Assembly (NCBI RefSeq): GCF_001194135.2
Contig: NC_068986.1
Location: 87,287,847 to 87,351,846 of the forward strand
Length of the DNA stretch: 64,000 bases
Direction of reading: 5' to 3'
From: Octopus bimaculoides
Taxonomy: Eukaryota
Positions 39,001 through 52,362 of the stretch are shown here, piece after piece (within the stretch, counting starts at the first letter, position 1; every line of letters begins with the position of its first letter). A model generated the notes under the pieces. It had not been told where the DNA came from. It saw only the letters and a program-made list of their open reading frames with translations, and made no database searches. Position numbers and translations under genes: made by a program.

Positions 39001-40128
39001 TCATCATTTTAATAGAGCTAATGTCGCCTACATTGCGGTATTTCTTCCGGATCTTGTAAAATCAGATTTCTAACCCCATTGCGTTCTCCCCTCCGTCAGC
39101 GGAAGGAAGGGAGTTCGATAGAATAAATATACAAGTCACATATTGAAGTGAATATAATCAACTAACACATCTGCCTAAATTTGCTGGACTGGTGGTGCTT
39201 GAATTATGAGCAAGATTTTGGTGTTACTTTGCTTGCGTGTGTGTTTGCGTGTGCGTGCGTACGTGTGTTAATTTCATGTCATCTATTTAGGGATTACCGA
39301 TACCTCTAACCACACATATTAACGCTGGCGTAAATAACGGACAGAGAAGCCATACTATGTATGCAATAATAATTGCACAGATACCGGAATGTAAATAAAG
39401 ATTTTCCAGGCTCTATGCATTTTCCTGCTTATTCGAACACTTTGGTGTTTTTGTTCTCAAAATCATAAACAAAGATAGAAAGAGAATATCAATGACAGAG
39501 AGATAGGCAGGTGAAGAGCGATTGAGACAGTGAAAGAATGATGAGCACATTGAAAGACACACATCCAAATATACCGTATGTTCGTTCAGAACAAACGAGC
39601 ACCACCATACCACCTCCACCACCACGTACTGCTACTACTACTGCTACTATCACCACCACTACACGTACTACTACTACTACTACTACTATCACCACCACCA
39701 ATGAACATGCACATCGTAGTCGACAATATGAAGAAAAGTAGTTCAGCTAAAACCTCCACCAACTTCACTACAACCGCCACCAAAAAACGCCTTACCATTA
39801 TATAGCGCCAAGTGCCATAGTTGGCATCCTCCCCAAAGTTTCTTGGCGGAGAAAGTGAAACAGTCATTGTGAAAATGGCAGCATCGCTAACAAGTGAAGC
39901 TGCCATTTTCGCAGAATATCTGCGTATGTGTATGTGTGTGTGCTAACACACTGATATAGTAACATACTTACATAGTAACACACTAATATACTAAATAAAT
40001 TAATGCATTATTAAATAAGATATGTTCCTTTCTTGTCTGTATGGAATATTTAATATATCACTCGTTTTGTAATTCCCTGAACAAACACACGTACACATAC
40101 ATATATACGTGTGTGTGGTGTGTGTGTG

Positions 40129-40160
<32 letters not shown>

Positions 40161-40383
40161 GCAGGAGTGGTTGTGTGGTAAGGAGCTTGCACGGTCCGCA
40201 GTTATAGTTCATCACCATTTTATATTGTAAATCCATGGTTGTGCTCTAGTTACACTGCTTTTACACAGAGTGATATACAAGACACGGCATAAATAATGAG
40301 CTTCACATATTTACTATTGTAAGTGAAATTTACTGCAATAAAGTAAAATAACGACCATTATTTATACCTTGCCTTATATACAT

Positions 40384-40431
<48 letters not shown>

Positions 40432-40434
40432 TTT

Positions 40435-40587
40435 TTCTCTCTGTTTACTTCCTCGTGTTCCTTTCTGTTGAAGAGCGTCGGCTCGAAAGGTAAAATACTT
40501 TCTCATCTTCCAGAGCGTCAAACTAATACACTTGCTTGTTAATACACCTGTCTTCGTCTTTTTGTTTTCCTGTAAATTTCAACTATA
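40435..40587 (+). mobile_element. Variant-HHR repeat family, copy 2
   Basis: 40461-40496 reads CUUU-CUGUUGA-A-GAGC-GUCG-GCUC-GAAA-GGU-A|AAAU, followed by the same downstream body as 19370-19525. Confidence 0.7.
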
Positions 40588-40632
40588 CACACACACACCT
40601 GTACGTATATATGCATATACTCATTTACTTTT

Positions 40633-40709
<77 letters not shown>

Positions 40710-42549
40710 CAGGCTGGCAGACAGAAGAGATAGCAGCAGTAGTGATAGTAGCAATAGTTGTGATGGTGGTGGTGGTGGCAGAGAATGTGTTGTATTTATA
40801 ATGGTTTCAAGAAATCCACTAATAGAATGGCATTTTTTGGTACCACGGTCGCTTAGTTGCTGTAGTAACTGGCATCGTAGCTAAATAATATTTTCTTATT
40901 AGTATTAAGTCCACCAAACAAGGAATATTACTCTGCAATAGAATAATGACTAAGAATTTCAATATGGAATTATTTTAAAGCGGACATTTCCAAGAGTAGA
41001 TGTTAAATATATGACAAAGATGGCGATGTGATCCAACAAATTTTTAAATGTGCATAAGATTATCTCTTAAAATGGTATTCTAATTATGTAATTGCTATTT
41101 TGGAGCTAGTGTGCAAGTTTATAATAGCTTGTAAAGCCCTAAGAATCTTGAAAGAAAAAAGATCTAATACAATTGGGTGCGAAATGTAGTGGTACAAGCC
41201 AAGTCACCCTGAACGTGCATGGCTTTGTCTTTCTGAAACCAAATATACTTAGACAATTTGTCGTAAACTTTGCTTCTTGATGAATGTATGCCTATACTTG
41301 TAATTTGGTCGGGCCAGTTGATCGTAAAAGGTGTGGGTGTACTTTGTCGCAGTATACTTTTGAATTTGCCAATCAGTTGCCATTATGTGAGAAATTATTT
41401 ATAGCTAATACAATTGTAACCAGGTGACGAATGTGAATAATTGTACGAAGTCCTTTAGCACTATAATTGTCAATGGAAACTTTCTAAGTTTTTATAGGAG
41501 ACGCTGTGGACTTTAATCGATTTTCTATTGTAAGTTTTTCTACATCTGTTTCATTGGAAATTGTTACCCTTTCGCGATGTTTATTCCCATATTCGCACTA
41601 AATATTGGATTCTACCACAGAATATTTATGTCTACTTTTACGATTTCAAGCTTTAGCTCTACAAACGCATTTTCTCTTTTCTGGGAAGCCACTGTAACAA
41701 AGATACACGGATAAGCAATGGTTCATCTGATAATGATGATGTTATACGTTAGTGATAATGATGGTGATGGTGTTTGTGGTCGTCGTCGTCGCCATGATGA
41801 TGGACATGAAGGTTATGATGATGAAGTTAAAAGGCGAAGCCGACACAGGCGTATTTTCAACTCGGAGTAGAAGAAATTGCTCCATACATTTGTTTCGACG
41901 CATAAATGATTCTTCCAGCTTGTTATCTTAATATATTGATGATGATTGTGATGATGATCTCTTTTACTTGCATAAGGGGCGTCAGATGGAAGGGAGCATT
42001 GCAAGAACATTTTAAAATTTGTATGGGGAGTTTACATTAAAAAAGAGAATGAAGGGAAAAAATGGAGAGGAGAGCAAGAAAAAAATATGATAACAGTACA
42101 CATAATCTACAAAATATGTTAGTATCTCTACAATGCAGACCTGATAGAGAAAGACCTCCATCTTGGGCCAAAAGTGTAGCCAGTGAACTTGCCTTGCATT
42201 AAAAGCAGGCCTCACCACTTATCCAACACTTCAGTAGAATAACTCAATGATAGCTCTTCTTGTGTCATTAAAACGGAAACAGCTGCATTGTTTTTCTGTT
42301 TGCATTTTTCTGGTTCAGTTGGTTGGGCAAAGAGGCACTCTCTTTTGTGACAACGTATCACTTACACACTTGTTTTGTCTGAGGCTGATTTATATCCATA
42401 ATTGCCCTTTAATTTGCAACGCTAGCGACTGATGAGACATCGTTGTTGTTGCAGCTCTTATCAATATCTTACGATTTCAACATTCCCTTGTCAAATTGTG
42501 AGTTTAGTTATATAGTAGTATATGCTCATTTCGGTATCATCTTTTCTGT

Positions 42550-42660
42550 AGCCGCGTTGTTCAGAAGCTTCCTTCCCGAACATGTGGCCTTGGGTTCAGT
42601 CACTCAGCGTGGCATTGGACGAGTGTCTTCCATTATAGTCCCGGGCCAAAGCGTTTTGTG
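42550..42660 (+). mobile_element. SINE family A, diverged 5' fragment
   Basis: agaagcttccttcccgaacatgtggccttgggttcagtcactcagcgtggcattggacgagtgtcttccattatagtcccgggcc. Confidence 0.6.
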
Positions 42661-44715
42661 TAGATATAGTACTCGAAATTGATGATAGCCCCATATATAT
42701 ATATATATATATATANNNNNNNNNNNNNNNNNNNNNNNNNNNNNNNNNNNNNNNNNNNNNNNNNNNNNNNNNNNNNNNNNNNNNNNNNNNNNNNNNNNNN
42801 NNNNNNNNNNNNNNNNATATTATTATCATTATTATATATTATAGATAGATAGATAGATAGATAGATAGACAGATGTGTATATATTTGTTTTTTGGGTTTT
42901 TTTTTTCTTTCTTGTGCCCAAGCACCGTTTCACAACCGTTATTGGTATTTTCATGAAATCTAGGTGTGTGTTTGATTTGTCATTACCACCTTTGTAGGTT
43001 CAAACGTTCCGAAACTCCTTGATCGCGGAGAACAATAAAGATAAATAAATTTAAAAAAAAAAGATTAAATGCCAGAAATTAATCGTGGAAAATATCTGCC
43101 AAGTGGAACTCTGTGAAACGTGACTATTCACAGCGAACAATAACAGCAACAACTACCATATTATGCTTAAGATGATGGTGATAACGAGATCAATAAAAAA
43201 CGAATATAATGACAATAACGATAATGAATTTCTTAATAGCGATAATAATAATAACAATATTATTGAAAGTAGTAGTAGTGGTAGTAGTCGCAGCAGCAAT
43301 AATGGTGGTGCTAGTAATGTAGTATCAATGACAGCTAGTAATAATAACAATAATAATAACACCAATTGAAAATAGATGACGACGACGACGATGATGATGA
43401 TGTTAATAATAATCTCATTTATGATCCTTTCCTGTTCCTCAATCTTAGGTTTTGCATGAAGCATAAAAATAATAAACTGGAAAAAAAATAACGAAAAGAA
43501 AGAAAAAAATTATACGTAAAACACAACTATTATTGAACACAAAAGACACTCGCTTGGTGTCCATTTCGCTTTACAATCATCAGCATCTTCATCATCATCA
43601 TTGTCGTCATTACCATCATCATCATCATTGTCGTCGTTGTCCCTGCTACGATCTACGCCATCAGTGGCTAGCACTATAGCTGACAGCGCCGCTACTAACA
43701 CAATCGTGTCCATTATTACTAGTATGTGTACCATCACCATTAACGACAGCAAACGTTATCCATATCATCATCATCATCATCACCATCATCAGTAGCAGCA
43801 GCAGCAATATCATCACCGTCATCATTATAATTATCATCGACATCACAGTTATCATAATCGCGACCACCATCATCGTCATCATCAGTAGGACTACCACCGA
43901 CGCCATCATAACAACACCATTATCATCATCACCACCACCACCGCGGCCATCGTCATATTCACAATCATAATCACCGCCATTATTGTCATCGCCATCATCA
44001 GCATTATCAACACTACCACAGTCGTCACCACGGCCGCAGTCACCACAGCCACCAACAGCATCACTATTGACTATTGTTTAAGAGTGCATTTCGCATTGTT
44101 ATTATTTTCTAAATCTTTTTTTTCTCTTTCTTTCTTTCGTTTTCATGTTTCCGATAGTGAGGACGGTGTCAATAATGGCGATGTTGTCGATTTGTTATTA
44201 AGAAAATGAAAATTTAACCTTCCATTGTCACCTCTGCCGCCATTTACTTCCACTCCTATCCTCACCTTTTCTCTCCTTGTCACTCACTACCTCGCATCCC
44301 TTGTTTATCTCACTTCTCTCCCTCACTTCTGTGTCTCTCTCAGCCTGTCTGTATATCTTTCTCTCTGTCTCTTTCCCTTTCTCTTCTCTCTCTTTCATCC
44401 GATGTGCATATTGCTTGATTTTTCCCTACGGGATGTAGATAGCACTGAGCTACAGCATCAATGAATGAAAGAGAAGATACGTTACTCTCTCTCTCTTTCT
44501 CGCTTGTGTGTGTGTATGTATTATTGTAGGCGTTGTTTTTTTTTTTTAGCATTATTGACGAGCCATCCTATATACGTATTTATTTATTGCCAATTGTGAT
44601 ATGTGGTGGGGTTTAATTATAAAAGATATGAGTTGAAGGTTGGATCGGAAGTGGTGAACGAAGAAAAGACACTCACACATCACNNNNNNNNNNATATATA
44701 TATATATATATATAT

Positions 44716-44847
44716 AGTTGAAATTTAAAGGAAAACAAAAAGACGAAGACAGGTGTATTAACAATAAGCAAGTGTTTAGTAAGACGCTCGGGAAGGTGAG
44801 AGAGTCTTTTACATTTCGAGCCGACGCTCTTCAACAGAAAGGAACAC
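44716..44847 (-). mobile_element. Variant-HHR repeat family, copy 3
   Basis: Reverse complement of 44806-44841 is CUUU-CUGUUGA-A-GAGC-GUCG-GCUC-GAAA-UGU-A|AAAG. The body (aaaagacgaagacaggtgt..aagcaagtg..gacgctcgggaag) matches the other copies. Confidence 0.7.
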
Positions 44848-46256
44848 TGCAACTACTACTACTATTGTAATCCTTGTTATTATCGTCATTGTCCTGGCCA
44901 TCATCTATTTTATTTCATGCACTGTCATTTTCATTCTGTCTATAAAACGTCAAAATCAATTTCATCAGACCAAACTACGTTTCACACACACACAGACACA
45001 CACAATCTGCTGAGACGTGCTGTTACTAAATTACGACATTAATACCAATATAACTATTATTATCATTGTTATTAATATCAGGATATCATCATCATCATTA
45101 TTATCATTGTTGTCGTCTTCATTCTTTATGTAAAAGCATCACCGCTATTAAAATGTCATCGTAATGTCTTCTATTCGTCACCATCGGAGAAATAAAAAAT
45201 AATTATTAATATCATGCTTATTATTATTATAATTATTATTATGATTATTATTAATACTATTATTAATATTATTATTATCATTAGTATTACTACTACTACT
45301 TCTACTACCACCCTCGTCTTCTTGTTTCTGTTGCTATTATGTGCAACCTGGATTGCGAATTGGCAAGCAGTGACAAAGATTCACAAAAGAGCTAGATGGA
45401 ACAGCTGCAGTAGTTGGAACAGGCTGTCATGCCATTTGCCTCAGGGCTTGTCAGGTGCCAAGACAGACCCAGACAGGTGTGTGCATGCTCCTTTCTTTTA
45501 CATGCTTGTGCGAGTATTCATATGTGTGTATATATATATTTTTTGTTACTTTTGTCTATGTTCCCTATACCAGATAATTTAATACGAGATCGAAAAATGA
45601 CCCACCTTATCTATCGATGCATTAGCTTATACATAAGCATATATATATATATATATATGTGTGTGTGTAAAATGTGACGAAGGATGCAAAGAGCAACAGT
45701 AGGCAGAGAAGCACATTTTCTATTTATTGACAGGGAACACAACCTCCCCAACTCCTATTTCTAACAATACTGAAGCTCCCTGTAGCGTCACATTTTAGTG
45801 ACGGTGAATTATTTCCTTTTCGATTTCGAACTGCGTCCAACTACCTCAATTATATATATATATANNNNNNNNNNNNNNNNNNNNNNNNNNNNNNNNNNNN
45901 NNNNNNNNNNNNNNNNNNNNNNNNNNNNNNNNNNNNNNNNNNNNNNNNNNNNNNNNNNNNNNNNNNNNNNNNNNNNNNNNNNNNNNNNNNNNNNNNNNNN
46001 NNNNNNNNNNNNNNNNNNNNNNNNNNNNNNNNNNNNNNNNNNNNNNNNNNNNNNNNNNNNNNNNNNNNNNNNNNNNNNNNNNNNNNNNNNNNNNNNNNNN
46101 NNNNNNNNNNNNNNNNNNNNNNNNNNNNNATAAGGTATAAGACATGAAGTACATAAAATAACTAATGGTGTACTTGGGTCATTTTTCGATTTCATGTTAA
46201 ATTACCAGCTATAGGGAACATAGGCAGAAGTAACAAAACGATATATATGAATACAT

Positions 46257-46302
<46 letters not shown>

Positions 46303-46554
46303 ACTAGTGCTAATATTTCGTTTAGGCATTACGATATTACTAACCTGGTGTAGAACTAAAAAATTCGTGCTGTTTGGAACGAAACGTTAGTCGGGTATAG
46401 AGCGGCAGTAAGATAACAGATGCCAGAGGAATAACCGAACGTCATAAGTTTACAGCTTTTTCCACTGTTGGATAAACTGGACTCATAGTTGATTGCTTGA
46501 GTAACAGCTTACAATTTGGTTATTCCTTTGACATTTTGCTTTTTCTCTCTCTCT

Positions 46555-46603
<49 letters not shown>

Positions 46604-46684
46604 CGACAGATAGACAGATATGTATATATGTATGCATGTACGTATGTTTGTAGGTATATATAGATGTGTATTTATGATTATACG

Positions 46685-46730
<46 letters not shown>

Positions 46731-47024
46731 NNNNNNNNNNNNNNNNNNNNNNNNNNNNNNNNNNNNNNNNNNNNNNNNNNNNNNNNNNNNNNNNNNNNNN
46801 NNNNNNNNNNNNNNNNNNNNNNNNNNNNNNNNNNNNNNNNNNNNNNNNNNNNNNNNNNNNNNNNNNNNNNNNNNNNNNNNNNNNNNNNNNNNNNNNNNNN
46901 NNNNNNNNNNNNNNNNNNNNNNNNNNNNNNNNNNNNNNNNNNNNNNNNNNNNNNNNNNNNNNNNNNNNNNNNNNNNNNNNNNNNNATATACATCTGTGTG
47001 TATACATATGGTCGCACACACATG

Positions 47025-47055
<31 letters not shown>

Positions 47056-47892
47056 ATACACACATACATTCACAAACGTATAGCATGCAAGCATGTTTCT
47101 TTGTTAGTGTCAATGTATTGTAGGTTACAAATTAGACACAAATATATGATGCTGACAAGCGCGCGCGCACACACAGTCACACACACACACACACACACAC
47201 ACAAGCATAGACAGACATACACACGTACGATAGAATGAAGGCCACACAAAAATACATTGGAAAAACATGCCTGTGAGCATGGTAAATAAGATTGAAACAT
47301 AATCTGGTATGATGTTGTTTTAGGTGATATATCTTGCGATGTTATGCCAGGTGAGATCCCGAGAGATATTGTGCCAAGCCTGAATCTCTAAACTTATTGT
47401 GCAAAGTGATATCCTTTTCTCCATGCTATCATTTTCCGATGAATAAACAATAATAAATGGGCAATATATATTGAGTCAGAACAGAAATGACACGTAGATA
47501 TTTACACATTTATATAGAGACGACATAACTCAGTCGGCATAACATAAATAACCAGAGCATGCACACACACACACATACACACACAAAAGCACGTACGGGA
47601 CTACATGCTCATAATGGATTTATCCATTGGACTATATGACACGCAGGAGCACCGCTTTCAAATGTTTCAATAAATAATATAACCAGCTCACCAACCCATC
47701 TCTTAATATTTGTTTAAAATATATATTTTATCGAGATTTTGTTGAACCGCTACGTTACGAGACATAATGACATACAACTTAGATATCATTGCTCTTTAAG
47801 TCCAGCGTAAATATTATAAATACAAACGCACACACACGCGGGGATTACAACGGACTCATGCAGATATATACATTCTTGTTTTTCTATTTCTT

Positions 47893-48008
47893 TCTCCTTT
47901 ACTTGTTTCAATCATTTGACTGGGGCCGTGCTGGAGCACTGTGTTAAAGTCGAAGAAATTGCACCCAGGATTTATTCTTTGTAAGTCTAGTATTTATTCT
48001 ATCTGTCT
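47893..48008 (-). mobile_element. SINE family A, 3' fragment
   Basis: tttacttgtttcaatcatttgactggggccgtgctggagcac..cccaggatttattctttgtaagtctagtatttattctatc. Confidence 0.75.
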
Positions 48009-48923
48009 CACAATCAGAATTGTGTCTCCTTTACGTTTCATTATTCTGTGTTAGTAACAGAGTTTGTGGAGAAGAGTTTGAATCCTCTCCTTCGTCTAGT
48101 CTCCAGTTCAAATTCTACAACGTCGGAAGCCTTTTTTTAATTTTCATCCTTGTCAATATATACTACTTTTTCCATACATTATATTTCTTTAACCCGAAAT
48201 TAGAGTAATCCCATCTTCTCGGTGGTATTTCTCCAATAGATGTGACGGGGATTTTTATCAAGGAAAGAAACCTACTTATTAATTACAACACTTACCATTA
48301 TCTTCAGTTGAGAACTTTATTCACATGCCCTGTTTTACTAAAAGAAATGTTCTAAATCGATTTCTGAGAACTCTTATTTGTGCTGATTTCATATTGTGCC
48401 ATACAAAATTCAAATCTCCAAATTTCGGTTTTAAGGAAACGAAGGACTCAATCTTTGGACAAGTGCTTGCACAAGAAAAAGAACTAAAGAAAGTTGGTTG
48501 TTAGTAAAATTGCGATTAAAAACAAACAAAACAAAATAACAAAAAACAAAAGAAACATATTTATCAGACACCATGGAAGCATTTTTCACATTTTTAATTT
48601 CCTTTAAGAAACGGAAGTAGATCCATTGCTTTATGGGAGATTTAAATTTGTCGAAGCTTCGGTTATCTTTATAGTAATACGTAAATATATTTTTTTATAA
48701 AATCATATGTATATCTAACTATTTATATGTATGCAGGTACCTAACGCACACAAAACTTACGTTTTGTTGCTTGTCTGCAGGTTATACTATGTGTTATTAT
48801 AAATGTTATGTTGCATTTGTGTTGCTTTCGTGCAAAGCAAAACCATTCTCAATAACAGTAGAAGGAGTAGCAGCAGCAGTTCCGGTAACGTGTATTGTTG
48901 CTCCCATTATTTTCTTCTTGTTT

Positions 48924-48954
<31 letters not shown>

Positions 48955-49230
48955 CAATGAAGGTAAAACTTCTCGAATGCTCTATGTGCTGCTGGATCTG
49001 GAAGTGTTAGAGGATGATGGTTTGAACATATGGTTTATTTCAGGGATGGAGGGAACATTTATAAGAGAAATAATAATGAGTCTTATCAATACTAACGGGG
49101 AGATGGTAGACCGGGACTGGAGTGATATTATGTGCAGAACAAAGAGATTGCACTGGAACAGAACGAAGACACAGACACACACACACACGCATTAACAAGA
49201 ACATTATAATAATTATAATAATTATTTTTT

Positions 49231-49620
49231 CTACTCTAAGCCTAAAGCTTGAAATTTAGGGGGACGGGGTTAGTAGATTTCATCGATCCCAGTGCTCAAT
49301 TGCTGATTTTTTTTATCACCCCAAAATAATGAAACACAAAGCAGACCACAGCGGAATCTGAACTCAGAACATAAAGACGGACGAAATGACGCTAAGCCTT
49401 TCGCTCAGCATGCTGAGGACTCTGCTATTTGACTGCCTTAATAACAACAGCAACAACAAAATAATGGTTTCGAATTCTGCACAGAACGAGCAATTTAAGT
49501 GGAAAGATAGTATGTGAATCACATTAACTTGAATGTTCAGTTAGTACTTATATTATCGACCGCGAAAGGATGAATGACAAAGTCGACCTCCGTAGGACAA
49601 GAATTCAGAACGTAAAGAAC
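49231..49620 (-). mobile_element. SINE family B tandem pair (49231-49439 and ~49470-49620)
   Basis: Two successive copies of atcga(t/c)c..aaa(g)..atgaa..caaag..gacc..gaa..tcagaac.taaag. Confidence 0.7.
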
Positions 49621-50256
49621 AACAAGAAATTATAGCACAGAATTGTTTCCGTCGATAATCTAATGATTCTACGAACAATAATAATAGCAACAACACTCAT
49701 GGTACGATGTTCAAATACTTGTAACAAGTTTTTAAAGTTTGGCGGACTTTACTCCGAGTTTTTGCATCGCCCCATCAAGAGTTCGACATTCACAAGTTGT
49801 GCAGCCAATCTAATCGCAGTCATGGTTGCGTGGTTAAGACCTTCACCCCTCGGCCAGCTATGAGGTCCCAAGTTCCGTCCCAATGCATATCACTTTTGAT
49901 AGGAGTGTTCTTTACATTAGTTTCAGAAAAGCATTGTTTGTTGAAGTTGCATATGCAATCCGTGTAGAAACCTCTCATATACATATATATGCATATCTAT
50001 CTATCTATCTATCTATCTATCTACATACATACATATACAGAAACAGTGAAGATCTATCTATGACCAAAATGTAATCACCTTCAAACTGAGATGCATGATA
50101 AAATAAATGACATCTTAAATTTCAATTTGAAATACCATACAGGAAAACTCAGGGTACAGATAAAAACTCGAAACACGAACCGGTTGTATTATTATGAATT
50201 ACGTTTAACAGAAAAGCTGTCACCTCCATACATACACGCTCACACATATATGCATG

Positions 50257-50290
<34 letters not shown>

Positions 50291-50325
50291 CATACACACA
50301 CACATATATATACACACGCAAACAC

Positions 50326-50482
50326 GCGCAGGCGTGACTTTGTAAGAAGATTGCTTCTCAACCACATGGTTTCGGGTTCACTCCCACTGCGTGGCACCTT
50401 GGGCAAGTGTCTTCTACTATAGCCTCGGGACGACCAAAGTCTTGTAAGTGGATTTGGTAAAAGGAAACTGAAAGAAGCCCGT

Positions 50483-50525
<43 letters not shown>

Positions 50526-50706
50526 TTATTATATGTGAGTGTGTTTGTCCCCCATGCCAATAAGTTAATGGTTCGGCATTTGAGACCGATAGAATAACTA
50601 CCAGGCTTACAAAGAATAAGTCCTGAGGTCGGTTTGATCGACTAAAGCCAGTGCTCTAGTATGGCCGAAGTCAAATGTGCGAAACAAATAAAACAAATAA
50701 AAGAAT
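50326..50706 (+). mobile_element. SINE family A, full length
   Basis: Head gcgcaggcgtg..taagaagattgcttctcaaccacatggtttcgggttcactccc, body, internal (TA)n and tail. Confidence 0.85.
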
Positions 50707-51394
50707 TATTTCATTGCAAGAGTGCAATGAAATAATTTAACAAAAAACTATATAAATTAATAAAGGACTGAACCAGTGCGTGTGTTTATTACCGGCATAA
50801 TGCCTCTCCCAAGGTTTAATTGTAAATAAAAGAACATGTATACATATAAAAAGGTCCGTCCTAAATAAAGACGCTGAGTAAGAGTCTTACGATCCAACAG
50901 TCCCCGCCCGCACAGAAACATCTGTTGGGCTCTTAAAACTCTTGCTTTACCCCTTTATTCTGTGCGAGACGGACTTTTTATATGTATACATATATGTCCA
51001 CTTTATGTGTTAATAATTTTTGTATATCGACTTGCCTAACTTGCTTGTCCTTACATTTGCTCCTCTACCCGCTCTTGAGCAGTTCGAAGTGTATTCCATA
51101 CAGAGAATACTTGTCTCGAATGTATATATATATATATATATTACTAATTCGAAGTTGACGTTGACGATCATCAGACGAAATGCGAATTATGTTCATATAT
51201 ACACAAAATACCTTATACGGGGAACAGCTTTTAATTCAAGCGTGTTATATCCAAAACATGACAATGTTCTAAATTATTATTATTATTATCATTATTATTA
51301 TTATTTATTTATTTACTTTGTGAGTGTCTGTCTGTGTCATTTTTTAAATCTTAGTATAAAATCCTCGCAGTTTGAAATAATAAATTTCCTACAT

Positions 51395-51457
51395 ATTACC
51401 GATGTTTCCAGATTCTCTCATTGGGTGCCTTCATCAGGTAATAAATGTTCATCAGGC
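51395..51457 (-). other. Decayed hammerhead/Penelope-terminus relic
   Basis: Minus strand reads AUUAC-CUGAUGA-A-GG...CUG-GAAAC-AUC|GGUAAU (51442-51395), bracketed by ATTACC/GGTAAT. A second CUGAUGA lies 20 nt upstream on the same strand. Stem II is degenerate. Confidence 0.45.
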
Positions 51458-52362
51458 ATCTGTATTACCACTTTTACAATCAATGACTAATTTATGCAGA
51501 CTGTACAGCCAAAAGTTGTCTATTAGAGTTCCACGCCATCACGCATGTATTTTGGTCATTAGAATTACACCTCATTAGTAACCTTTTATCTTGTATCTGA
51601 CGAGTGTAAACTTTAGTTCTTTTGTTATAATATATATGTATTGCATTATAAATTCTATATATCTGTAGGGAACTCTATTTAGTATAGATGTATTATCGGT
51701 TGATATTTTCTATAGATAAATATTGAAGCAAAGTGGAAAGGTCTTACACAATGATACGAAAAACAAAAAAGACCCATATAAGAAAAGATTAATTTGGAGC
51801 ATAGTCGCGTTTTCAATAACACATCTCTCTCATAACCTCACACACACTTACACACATGCGGGCGCACACACACACAAACACAATATTTGCATATACAAGT
51901 TGAAAAATGAAAATGTACAATGGTGTAAATTGCTCAACCAATAAACAACACTTCATGCGGTTGCTTTCAAATCTCATCTTAAATTGATTTCATACAACTT
52001 TTATTAAGCAATTTCGAAATCATTGTGTGCGTGCATGTGTAATCACGCATATTACACAAAGAGCTCATATTGATATATCTTCATCGATAAAGTAAACCCG
52101 GGGTGGTGGTACAATTAATATGAAAAGAAAAGAGGAACAGCTTGTAACACACACACATACATGTATATTATAAACATATGTTGTCTAATGATTCAAGTAT
52201 CTTCTCATACTTTGGCCACAAATGTCGTTGGTTTTACTTGATTCAGGAATCACTTGTTATACATAACCCGACATAAGGCCCAGTGGTGGCCGCCTAAGGT
52301 GCATTTCATAAGACATACCACAAACAAAATATTGAATAGAGAGAAAGGAGAGGTGTACTTAC

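Larger units (their letters stand above)
10004..52362 (-). other. Putative 42.4-kb intron of the spalt gene
   Basis: GT at 52362-52361 and AG at 10005-10004, with matching phase 1. No other spalt-like coding sequence was recognised between them, but small exons or exons in N-gaps cannot be excluded. Confidence 0.65.

Noticed and set aside
43510-44070. Asp/His/Ser-rich trinucleotide block as a hidden spalt exon
   Set aside because: Frames are short and shift, no convincing splice pair was found, and the texture matches other intronic SSR tracts.
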